A DNA stretch of 63,953 nucleotides, counting the filler, from Licmophora abbreviata (taxonomy: Eukaryota), in the NCBI GenBank assembly GCA_900291995.1. It is 9 parts of 9 records of this genome, joined end to end, with 100 filler letters (N's around TTAATTAATTAA, not from the genome) between each part and the next. Parts side by side here need not be neighbours in the genome. Positions count along the whole stretch, not along the records: positions 45,699 to 48,107 come from OLMU01001248.1; positions 48,208 to 51,023 come from OLMU01001249.1; positions 51,124 to 56,784 come from OLMU01001250.1; positions 56,885 to 58,649 come from OLMU01001251.1; 5 more parts are not named here. One strand, written 5' to 3'. The notes below the pieces were generated by a model, which worked only from the letters and a program-made list of their open reading frames with translations, ran no database searches and had not been told where the DNA came from. Below are positions 46,762-57,852 of this stretch, one piece after another. The first letter of the stretch is position 1. Each line of letters starts with the position of its first letter. Both the position numbers and the translations under genes were made by a program.

Positions 46762-47061
46762 GACTTTTAACGTGTGAATGGCACGGTGAGTAGTGATACG
46801 ATTATGGAGGTCGCATCATAATTGCTGTGATAGATGACAAAATAGCTACAAGAGTAGGAAACCTGTAGTCATGAATGCATCCCCAGCCGTTGCGGAAATG
46901 CTTCCTGTCGTCTGTGTCGATTGGTGGCTTTCGTGCGTGACGTCAGTGATGGCGTCTTCAAGTTGAAAGTTGAGTTTCCCGCCAATGTTTGGATCGCGAG
47001 ACCATGCTGATGATGGAAACTTAAGATTTGCAAACTTCAGCAAGTTCTCTCCTTCATTACC

Positions 47062-48107
47062 ATGAGGTTCTACTCTTCGTCCAGCCCCTCCTTGGGCTAC
47101 TACGTGCTCCTGGTGCTCGCGATCTTTCTTTGCACTCCGATTCAGGCCTTTCGCCCAAGTCAAGTCGCGCATCTCTCATTTTCGAAACTGCGTGCCGGGG
47201 CGAAGGACGCTATCTCGCCCCGTGCCTCATCGTCTGGATTACAGGCTTGGCCGCTTCAAGATGACCCAAAGGGCGTTCCTCCTGAGTTCCCCCTAGCGGT
47301 GGCTCGCGTCGGAATCACCACGGCCGCGACCGTCTTGACATGGTATGCCGCTCAAAACCGATGCGGCGCCGTCTTGGCATCCTCGGCTGTGACGCTCATC
47401 TGCAGTTTGGTGGCACCCGGGTTGGGACAGGCTGCCATGTGCGGATCGTTTGCGGGAATGGCAAATGGAAACTCATTGGTACCAACCTTTCCACTTTCTG
47501 TTGTTCTCGGTGGGATCACGTCAATTTTGTTTGAAATCATGATTCACACTCGCAATATGTTCTTGGGCATGGGCGGCAGACTCGGGTTTACGGCATTCGT
47601 TGGAGTGAATGTATTCGCTCTGGCACGAGGTATTCCTCTAAAGGCTGCAGCCACCGGGCTGGTCGACGCACCCTGGCTCCCCATGGCAGGATTCGGTGCT
47701 CTCGGATCGGTGGCTACTATTGCCTTGCGCGAAGCCAGCGACGACGCCGCGGCTGCGGATCCGGTTCGTGCCGCGCCGTGATTGGATTGTTGGCTGCATT
47801 GCTGGTTGGCTTTCAGAAATTTACTGACATGGGCGCTCTTGCTGTGTATGGCGGGGCTTTTGTTGGAATGAGTCTGCCATCAAGGTTGATGAGAGGCCGA
47901 GTGCCTGGGGCTCCGTCAGAGACGGGGACGGGACCGAGTGCAGGGAGGTTGCTGGCGTCTTTTGCCGTCACAGGTGCTCTAGGAGGTCTGGTGCATGCAC
48001 TGACATTTGGACATGGCTGGTGGATGGGCGGCTGGGGCGGTAAGGCGGGCTTCTGTAGTTTCGTCGGCGTGCTATTGTATCGTGGCATGGCCCGAACGGT
48101 GACTGCT
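47062..48107 (+). CDS. Gly/Ala-rich multi-pass membrane protein with internal duplication, probably plastid-targeted; frameshift near 47775; runs into gap
   Basis: Signal + IQA|FRP; two halves each with G[SA]F[AV]GM and GxGG[RK]xGF; one added G gives DPVRAAAVIGLLAALLV joining the two ORFs. Confidence 0.78.
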
Positions 48108-48207
48108 NNNNNNNNNNNNNNNNNNNNNNNNNNNNNNNNNNNNNNNNNNNNTTAATTAATTAANNNNNNNNNNNNNNNNNNNNNNNNNNNNNNNNNNNNN
48201 NNNNNNN
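48108..48207. other. Artificial scaffold gap/linker
   Basis: 44N-TTAATTAATTAA-44N. Confidence 0.98.
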
Positions 48208-48328
48208 CTCTCAAGAGTTTAACCTCAGGCAATGAATGACCCAACTCTCACAGCAGCAAATAGCTAAGCGTTACCACCAATAGATTGTACAAGATTCTAT
48301 GTCTACTTTCTCTACTTTCTCTGGAAGA

Positions 48329-49825
48329 TCAGCACGTGTTGGCCCAATCGCTGTTGCTTTCATTCTCGGGCTGTTCATCGACGTAAGTCTCACCGTGGTA
48401 TTCTGTAGAAGTCTCGACTCGATCCGCTCCGAGGCGCAAATACTTTCCATCGTAGAATGCTATGCCTACCACAAACAAGACACTGGTAACAGAAAACACC
48501 ACGTATGCCGGCTCAAACGTATACGTCGTGTACGGGCTTTGTCGATTGAGTAACGCACTCACACCCAGAATGAAACAAGGAGCTGATAGCTGATTGGCAG
48601 ATTGCAAGACGCCCGAGCTGACATCTTCACTCACAGGATAGGTGCATTCGCATGCGCATTCAATAGCAATTGGTAACAATGGCATCATGGAGGCTCCCAT
48701 GAATGAAAACAGTAATGTCAGCAGCGGCAAGTTATGTGGCCGCAATGCCAGTAGCATGGCGTTGAACGAAATCATGGAGCCGACAAAGCCAGCCTTGAGA
48801 CACGTATTGTACGCATGTGTGCGGTCCAAAACGACCCCAAAGAACATGGCACTCACAATGCCGCTCGTAAGCATCCACCCCAGGAACCAGCTGGCATCGT
48901 CACTATCATAGCCAGAGTTTTTGATCAATTGCTCCATGAGCGTGAGCAGCGTATTAAAGACAGAAAGTCCTAATATTCCAAACGTGATGGTCAAGAGAAT
49001 AAATTGTCTGTTTGTAGATAACAGTTTCAGCTCCTGCTGAAGTGAAAGCTGCGGGTGCGCGCTCCGACTTGACTCGGATAGAGAAGGCGGCGTCGGTGGT
49101 CGATCACGAAACAAGAAAACTACCAAGACAAAGGTGGCAAACGTCCACCAGAATTCCGTGGACAGTAGACCTTGCATGTCGACAGTCTCGTCTCCACTGT
49201 CATCTGTTCTTGTATAAAATACTGGCAGAACACTTCCTACCATGATGCCGATCGCGTTGGTGAGTGACCCAATCACGACGGCCAAATCGCGTTCGGTTTT
49301 GGGAAACCAGAGCGATCCGAGGCGTGCCGGCAAGTTGGTAAAAAAGGGTTGCGCCAAGGCGCCCAGAGATTGACCTAGCACCAATACAGCGTAGGATGGG
49401 CGGGGTGTGGCGGACAAAAATCGGACTGCGCCGGAAGCAAAGTTAAGTCCCGATGCGAATATCATGCCGTTTCGGACACCGAAATTGTGGTACACACAGC
49501 TCGATATAAGTGACATTGGGAGGTAGGCGCCAATGAAAACCATGGACAATATATTCACTTGTAGTGAGGAAGCATGAAAGAAACCTTCAACGTGCGATGC
49601 GATGGGGCTAAATGTGATCCAAAGCATGGCCGAAGTCATAGACGAAAGCGATAGAAGAAGTAGCACAAGCCATCGCATTCTGTACACTTGGACAGTTCGA
49701 GCGCCACTCTCCCACACATCCGATCCTTCCTCCTCTCTACAGAGAAAATACTCTTCGTCATCAACATCCGAAGAAGTTAAAAGAGACTCCGTGAGGTCCT
49801 TCGAGGCTGACAAAGACGACGCCAT
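48329..49825 (-). CDS. MFS transporter, FLVCR/SLC49 family
   Basis: VYRMRWLVL, WITFSPI, GQSLGALAQPF, WFPKTER, RPPTPPS, ECTYPVSE motifs; about 12 TM segments; single exon. Confidence 0.9.
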   Translation of the reverse strand: MASSLSASKDLTESLLTSSDVDDEEYFLCREEEGSDVWESGARTVQVYRMRWLVLLLLSLSSMTSAMLWITFSPIASHVEGFFHASSLQVNILSMVFIGAYLPMSLISSCVYHNFGVRNGMIFASGLNFASGAVRFLSATPRPSYAVLVLGQSLGALAQPFFTNLPARLGSLWFPKTERDLAVVIGSLTNAIGIMVGSVLPVFYTRTDDSGDETVDMQGLLSTEFWWTFATFVLVVFLFRDRPPTPPSLSESSRSAHPQLSLQQELKLLSTNRQFILLTITFGILGLSVFNTLLTLMEQLIKNSGYDSDDASWFLGWMLTSGIVSAMFFGVVLDRTHAYNTCLKAGFVGSMISFNAMLLALRPHNLPLLTLLFSFMGASMMPLLPIAIECACECTYPVSEDVSSGVLQSANQLSAPCFILGVSALLNRQSPYTTYTFEPAYVVFSVTSVLFVVGIAFYDGKYLRLGADRVETSTEYHGETYVDEQPENESNSDWANTC

Positions 49826-49878
49826 GGTCTATCGAGCGTTGAATTCTTTCTAAAAAAATTGAATTGAATCCTCGTCGT

Positions 49879-49918
49879 CGCGCCAAAAGCAGACGACGGC
49901 CGGACGGGCGCGCCAAAA
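49879..49918 (-). promoter_or_regulatory. Paired E2F-like sites (TTTTGGCGCG x2, 30-bp period)
   Basis: CGCGCCAAAA at 49879-49888 and 49909-49918, 54-93 nt upstream of the MFS ATG. Confidence 0.45.
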
Positions 49919-50238
49919 TCCGGCGATGCTGTTGTTTCAACGGTTGGGCCCGTACATGATTCGTTATTTGTGGTTTATCCTATTAGGTCATAAATGTAAA
50001 GTATATTCACATTGCATCCGATCTTCACCCTAAACAAACGACCAAAATGTGTTTGAAATCGTTATATACATATTACTACATGAAGTACGTATAAAAGACC
50101 ATCGAAAAACCAACGTCCACAAAATGAGTTCAAATTGGCACGATCGTCACAAAAGAGAGATCGATCTTGGTAACACAACGATACCGGTACATTGCTGCCC
50201 GTCCATGCAAAGGGATAGCTTAGTTCATACAGAGTAAC

Positions 50239-53200
50239 ATGAGAGGCTTCCTGAGTCTGGCGCTCCTTGGGGGCGTGACCGGATCCAACTCATTTCATAT
50301 TCCTGACCCAGAAGAGTTTGGCGCCAAAGACCACATCGATGGACTGGGATTGGGCGTCGTCAAGGTACGTCTTTTTTCAATGGGGTGTCAATCAAGAACA
50401 ATGATGGAGTCACTCACACCTATGCAACGTGACTATTTCAATAGGTTCCACCGCAACAAACGAATCTGGACCCGCAACGAGTACATCGACGCACACAGGG
50501 AAGATGTAACGACGCGAGCGTTACTGTGGAAATCAACCTAGACAACTATCCTCAAGAGACCGGTTTCCGTATCGAAATAGCAGTGGACAAGAGATTGTTT
50601 TCGTTCCACCTGGATCATACAACTTTTTACTGGATGCCTATTACCAAGTTGTGGAAGAGTATTGTGTGAACCTAGGTGAAAGGTACACATTTACCATGTT
50701 CGACACTGCCGCTGATGGTATCTTTCCTCCCTACGGGAACCACTATGTTTACTTTGGAGCAACCCCATCAGATGACAATATTCTGTTGTTTGGTACAGGC
50801 AGCTTTGCCAGTCGAAAGGATTACTCCTTTGTTGCATCTCCGCCGGGTGCTGGCAACGCAGGTTTGCCCGAGACGGTAAGCCCGACCACCGCACCGACCG
50901 GGTTGGAGACGTCTTCCCCCACCTCCGCCCCTACTTCAGATTCTACCAAAAGCCCTACCTTCGCCCCGACGATCGATTCAATGGACAACGGCCCACCTTC
51001 GAGTGCACCTGTCGAAATCACAGNNNNNNNNNNNNNNNNNNNNNNNNNNNNNNNNNNNNNNNNNNNNTTAATTAATTAANNNNNNNNNNNNNNNNNNNNN
51101 NNNNNNNNNNNNNNNNNNNNNNNTTCAGTGTGCAACTCCATGAGCACGGTCGTTTCTTTCACGAACGGAACCTATGCCAGTTCAAGCCCGAATACGGTTG
51201 TTGAAGAAGTGCTCTCTGTGGAAGAGGGCAATCTCTACGAGCTCTTGCTTTTCGTTAGCAACGCGGGTCCGGTCCCGACTGGAATCAGTCTCGAAATATG
51301 CCCCGGGGCAATCGACGCAAGCGGATGCACGTCGTCTTTCTTCTCGAATCCACCCGCCATCTTTTCCGCCCGGAAGTATTTTGTGAAGAACTTCGTCGCC
51401 TCAGCATCGACTGGTCCACTCAGTCTAGCCACTAGCTCTGATGTGTTTACCTTGGATTATGTCCTTGATCCGTACCCGGAGGAAACAAGCTGGGCGTTGA
51501 CAATGGACGACGGTAACTCCGACGTTGTGGTAGATTTCGGGCCTCGCTTCGGGAATTTCTACGCTGTTGGCGCTGAGGCAACCTACACAATTGATGTTCC
51601 TGCGATCAGTCCTGGAGAGACACGTGACTTTACTTTCTGTTGGCTCGATGTTTTCAAAGACGCAATGGCGACCGGCGCATACTACAAACTACTGGATGGC
51701 CCAGCTGGCTCTTCCAAAGTCCTGGCAGAAGGAAGAGGTGCCATGGGTGTCGAGTGCGATTGCACACAGTTCAGCTACACAGCACCGGCTGCTCCGCAGA
51801 CCACGTCCCCGACTCCTTTGCCTACACCTCTTCCAACCATGCCATCGCCTCCAACCGCATTGCCCACGGTTTTCTCTACAGGGTTCCCGACAATAACGTC
51901 CGGAAGCTATCCAACAACTGTGAAGCTTCACCTCGGCGAGTATCCCGAGTTAATTGGATGGCAAGTGCGCCGGAATGACGATCTGGTGTATGAGAGTAAT
52001 CGCATCGTAGCGTACTTCGAAGAGGGCACCTATAGCGCTGTAAACGCGTTTGGCAGTATCGAGACGACGATCTATCTCGAGCCCGGTGCTCTCTACGAAA
52101 TACTCGTGTTCAGTGCAGATCGGGAAGGTTCAGCTGGTCGTAGCTGGCTGAGTGCAAGGAATATCTACTATGAAGTGTATCTTGGAACCGACGACTCCAG
52201 TGACGGGACTGCACCCATTATTTCTCCTGTGTCGTCGGATTTTGACGATAATTTGTACTTCATCAACTCGTTCGTCGCCGATCCCAACTTTGCGTCTCAG
52301 ACCGGTGGTGAAAGTTTGCAGCTGAGATTCACGCTGGACAACTATCCTGATGAGGTGAGCTGGCTTCTCAAAATGGAAGATACACAGTCGGCTCTTGGAC
52401 AGGTAGTTGTCGACTACGGACCCCGCTTCAGCGAGCTCTATTCGCCTGGCCAATCTTCTCTTATTCCCATCACCTTGCCAGAGCTCACCGCTGGACAGAC
52501 GGCCACGTTCCTGTTTTGCTGGTTGGACTATTTTAAGGATGGTATGATGGACGGTGGAAGCTTCTCCCTAGAGACTACCACTGGGACAGCATTAGTTTCT
52601 GGGACAGGACCGAAAGGTGGTAATCTTGGAGCTGATTTCGAATGCGGGACATTTGTTCTGACTGGTTCCTCCACGTTGCCCGCGAGCATCCCGCCAACAG
52701 AGGCGCCAGCTATCGCACCTTCTGCGCCACCGGTACAAATAACTCCGACCGTTGCTGCAGGCAGCTTCCCCTTCACCGTCATTCTGGAACTTGGCGAATT
52801 GCCGGAATTAATTGGATGGGAGGTTCGACGTATCGACGACCCTGAGAACGCTGGAAACAAGATCGTGGCGAGCTTTGAAGCAGGGACGTACTCCAGTGTA
52901 ACCAAATTTGGTGATATATTTGAAGTGCTATTGCTCGAAGAGGGAGCGTTGTACGAGATGGTGATCTTCAGCGCACCAGGTGACGCTGCTGATGGACGCT
53001 TTTGGCTCTCAGATGGAGAAGTGTACTACAACCTGTTCCCTGGCACTGCGAATCCAGCCGACGGTACAGCACCCGTCAAGTCTCCGATTTCTACAAGATT
53101 TGCTGACGACTTGTTTTCCTTGAATCTATTTGTTGCTTCCAGTACAATGGACCCTCTTAGCTTTCCAATTGGCGATCGGTTCCTCACGCTCGAATACCGA

Positions 53201-54118
53201 TTGGATGCCTACCCGAATGAGGCAGGCTGGTCGTTGGCAATGGCCACGACTGGAACAGATCTTGGTCACATCGTCGTCGACTACGGTCCGCGCTTTGATG
53301 AGTTGTACCCTGCATATCATACTGGGGTTGTATCGATCGAGCTACCAAAGATTGCCGCCGGTGATACTGCCCTGTTTACTTTTTGCTGGTATGACTATAT
53401 TGCTGACGGACTTGGGCAAAATGGCTACTTTAAGCTTTGGTCAAGCGATGCCGGGTCGTCGAACCTCCTTGCTCAGGGAGGACAGGCACAAGATCCGTTC
53501 TCCTGTACAAGCTTCTACATAACGGAGGACAATGATTTCGACGATGATCTTCCCGGAGGAGGCGGCTTCACCCCGACTCTACCGCCTCCGGCGGGAAAAC
53601 CAACTCCAGCTCCGACGAGAAGGCCCTACATGCCGACAAATAAACCCAAACCGACCCCAAAGCCCACTTCACCTCCTCCTGTTCAAGCGCCAGTATCGGG
53701 CAAAGGAAAAGGCGACTCAGCATCAAAAGGAAAGAAGAGTTCTAAAGGAAAGAAGAGCTCTAATGATGACAAAGGAAAAGGCTACTCGTCATCAAAAGGA
53801 AAGAAGAGCTCTAAAGGTGGCAAGAAAAGGAAACCAACTCCAGCTCCGACAAGGAGGCCCTACGTGCCGACCAACAAACCCAAACCGACCCCGAAACCCA
53901 CTTCACCACCACCTGCTCAACCGCCGGTATCGGGTAAAGGAAAAGGCGACTCGGCATCAAAAGGAAAGAAGAGTTCTAATGATGACAAAGGAAAAGGCTA
54001 CTCGGCATCAAAAGGAAAGAAGAGTGCTGAAGGCGACACGAATGGGAAACCAACTCCAGCTCCAACAAAAAGGCCCTACATGCCGACCAATAAACCCCAA
54101 CCGACCCCAACCGCGTAA
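50239..54118 (+). CDS. Large secreted modular protein: at least 7 LDxYPxExxW-type beta domains, PT linkers, Lys-rich KxxK tail; intron 50365-50444, frameshift near 50576, spans gap 51024-51123
   Basis: Signal peptide, HRRTQ propeptide-like site, repeats LDNYPQETGF / LDPYPEETSW / LGEYPELIGW / LDNYPDEVSW / LGELPELIGW / LDAYPNEAGW; the linker before the gap (SAPVEIT) resembles an internal linker (APPVQIT). Confidence 0.78.
51024..51123. other. Artificial scaffold gap/linker inside a gene
   Basis: 44N-TTAATTAATTAA-44N. Confidence 0.98.
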
Positions 54119-54215
54119 CCCACTTCACCACCACCTGTTCAACCGCCGGTATCGGGCAATGGAAAAGGTATTGATGGAAAAAGGCGACGAGGCATCAAAA
54201 GGAAAGAGTGGAAAG
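53597..54215 (+). repeat. Three tandem coding repeats (234 nt, 216 nt, degenerate third) of a Pro/Thr + SKGKK unit
   Basis: Units start AAACCAACTCCAGCTCC at 53597, 53831 and 54047. Confidence 0.92.
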
Positions 54216-55238
54216 AAAAACATTCTATGTGACTGTGCCATCACAAAACTCATGCTGCTAAGACCGTGTTGGTTGTTGTAGCTTCACATATCGGAGCACC
54301 GTCGCTCCTGTTTGAGTATATTGCATGTCTTGGTTCTCTGTAATAAAAAGTCAATGTCTATTCTACAACAAGGACTTGCCTTGAAAGGTCGCTACCGTTA
54401 TGTCGTGTGCAATGGCGTGATTCTTTACTATTAGACACCGTATTGATACAAAACGAGAGTTCACCTGTGTTTCATAACTTGAAAATAGCGGTGGCACAGA
54501 GAGAACGAGCTATTCTGTGGTGACAACGACCATGCCAATCCGAGAGTCATCGAAAACCAGAAGACAGTGTTGGAGGGAGATGGGAGGCATTCGCCCCAGC
54601 ATTCCAGTCGTTTCCCAGTCTCTACAAGGCAATTTTTCCAGCTGCCATCAGTGTAACAGTATCGCCTCGTCCAATTGCGACAGCTTTTCTACAGACTCCC
54701 TCTCGACAACCACAGTCTGCTCATGCTCACACCCTTTCTTGTTTGGCTGCCGGAGACCCAAGGCCGCCATGATACTACCTTCCAGTAACAACCATTCAGT
54801 CCTGTCCTTCACTTCACGCATTCTCACCAATACGAAGCCCAGCGCACATTTCGTACCGTGCTCGTCGACGGCCGTGTCTTGTTGAGGCGTCAGAAGACCG
54901 TCGTGTTCGATCAACCGTCCGTGGTACGGAGGGTATCAGGACCCCCAATCACATGACGCACTCCGTCGTGACAATGAAGACAGCGAACGGACGATTCACT
55001 CTTCCAATCGACACTTAGGGGCACCTCCGACGATTCTCGTAATTGACTAATGATAGTGATTAGCACTTTCAGTGCCTTACTTGCTCGTGCTTGACGCTTG
55101 GTTCCATACAACATGCTAGCCTTGCTCTTCCTGGCACGACACGGTGGTTGTAGTATGTAAAAATAAGCCAAAATGTAAGACTGATGCTCTAGCTAGCGGT
55201 GCCCATTTGCCCATCCACACACGATACAATGCGACACC

Positions 55239-56784
55239 TCAATCCTTCTTGTCTTTAAAGTGCTCAGATATCCAATTGCACACAAACTGCATGCTCTGCT
55301 CTCCTTCCGGAATAAAGTTATCCAGAAAGCAAAATACGTGACACGTGTACTTCCAGACCCCAAGCGACACACTCACATGTTGCTTTCGTGCCCGATTCAC
55401 AAGCAGTAACGCTTGGTCGTAGACAGCTTCATGTTCCGACACGACAACGCAGAGGGGTGGCAGGTCTTGAAAGGATCGATGCACGGGCGACGCTTTGGTA
55501 CGATTTTCGTGATTTCCAAGCGTCTTTTCCAGATAGGGAAAGCCCAATTCCGTCACACTCTGATTGACAATCAAATCATGAGCTGGGTACACAGCAAGCG
55601 TACCTTTGGGTTCCGTGTAATCAACAAATGGACACATGAGAACGGCACCCGACGGCATGGGCAAAACACGAGATGATGACAGCAACACTGGTCCAAGGTA
55701 CTCTGGTTCGGTCACTTCCTTTCTCCCCACTTCTCCCAAGAACTGCAACAGTCGCGTACAGAGCCCAGCACCCGAGCTTATGCCAAACAATACTATATTC
55801 TCAGGCTTGACGCCTCGTACTTGCACTAACCATCGATAGCTGACGCACACGTCCCACAACATGTCGTCAAAGGAAGCCTCAGGCAAGAGTCGGTATTCCG
55901 GTAAAAAGACATCTTTATGAGATGCGCGTCCAACAGCGTTGGCTGATGGTCAATCGAGAAAAGATGTGAGAGTTAATGTCAGTCGATTTCTGCCATCGGC
56001 ACGACGTTACAAGCGAACTATGAGTACGAATCTTCCAACTCTTACCTGGCCCTAAATTTCCCTCGACGCAGCCAGACAGAAACGCACCCCCATACAACCA
56101 AAAGATCACTTGGCGGTCTGATGAATACTCCTTCAGGTCGTCTTGGTTGCATTGGATGTATGTCCCTCGCACTGTCGTATGCTCTCGTTGGACTGACGGT
56201 ACCGCAAAGTCACGATCACTACTAGTCATCATGTCACACTCGATTCGCTCCAAGTTTTCAGTTTCCACACTATCTCTTCGACACACGCTGAGTTGTGAGA
56301 GTGCAAAGCGCATGCGTCGCACAGTGACAGGAAATAAGCGTCCCCACCACAGAAAAGTCGATAATGCATGGTACTCTTCACTTGCATCTGGATGGATGGC
56401 GGTGGTATTCTTCAGCAGTAGCTTGTGGAGTGGCAAATACAGGTGCCACGCAGTAAAGGTTAGCCCCTTGCGTACTGACAGTGGAACCAGCTTCCAGAGT
56501 CGGAAGAAGAGAACTTCCCACCATGCGAGTAGGACTGTGTTGAGGAATCGAATTACTTGTCGTAGCAAGGTGTGGTCTGGATTGATCCAGGTTTGACCCA
56601 AATTGAGATTCAACGAAGCATTCACTTCTTCAGGAGAGCGGGTATCCAAGACGACGTAGGAGTCTGTCGAGTCGCAGCGAATAAAGGATGGCGAATTTCT
56701 CGCAGTATCTGTGAAAGTACTAATGCCGGAGCTGGACGGTGGCAATGGTCCCGAAACATGGGTCTTCTTGTCGGGATTTCTCTT
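55239..56784 (-). CDS. Alpha/beta hydrolase, HSL-like family, 5' end in gap; intron 55943-56045
   Basis: IFWLYGGAFLSG, PEYRLLPE, LFGISSGAG, SPVH, SEHEAVYDQ, TCHVF; GTAAGA..ATCAG intron restores frame; frame open up to the gap. Confidence 0.88.
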
Positions 56785-56884
56785 NNNNNNNNNNNNNNNN
56801 NNNNNNNNNNNNNNNNNNNNNNNNNNNNTTAATTAATTAANNNNNNNNNNNNNNNNNNNNNNNNNNNNNNNNNNNNNNNNNNNN
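56785..56884. other. Artificial scaffold gap/linker
   Basis: 44N-TTAATTAATTAA-44N. Confidence 0.98.
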
Positions 56885-57852
56885 CAGTCCCTCTCACGAA
56901 TAGCGACTCACGAATGAATGAATGGATGCATGAATCGAATCGTTCCCCGCATGCTCTTTTCCAACTCCAATGGCGAACTGACGTCCAAAACTCCCTCTCA
57001 GGGAGCCTCGACGACTCTGACGGTGGCCGGTTTGGCGGACGAAGAGTTTGTCGGTGGTGCCTATTTTGTCAACTACCAGCTGCCTCACCGAAGAGTCCGA
57101 GGCAGCAAAGAACATGGACGATGCCAATATGCTCTTTGACTTTTGTGACTAGCAAACCAAGACGGATCAGTAGACTTTTAAAGTAGTATGTGGTTATGAG
57201 ACTGCTGGTTTACCTAGCTAGAAAAGCTAGACAGTAACATCATTTGCCGGTAGCTGTTGTTGATACGTCGTGGTGGTCGCCTGATAGTAAGTCCTTTTAT
57301 CTCTAGGTATAGTCTTGCTTCGAGTGCTACCTACCAGTTAGCGATAAGTAAGTAACGGAAACCGAAGCAGTAAGCTCAAGATCAGCACCGAAGTAGTAAA
57401 CAGTAAACTAATCAGATTCACTCTACTTCTTGAAAGAATTTTGCGTTTTGCTCTAGCAAATCCAATCTTTTCTGCGAGGGATCGGACGAAGGCCAGTCCA
57501 AGGGTTTTCAACGAAGATTTGTACGCAACTTGCCAGTACTAAAATCCCAAAGAGCGACAAAAAAGCAACCACAATTCGGAACAGAATAACAACAACGCAA
57601 GAACAACGCAACAACACAACCTACCTCTGCCATGGCCCTGTGCACCTCTTGAGGCGTCGTTTGACATTTAAAAAAGGTGAACTGCAAGAGCCTACCGGTA
57701 GTGGGTCGGCGGGTTTGATGTATATTCGAGAAGATCATTCTTTGTGCGACAAACGTTACGTTCCAAACAATATAAAAATCAAAGCAGACTTTGAGGGGTT
57801 TGTTGCATCAGCGAGCGATCGAGCCTTTCCTTGTTTTGTTACTTGTATTCAG

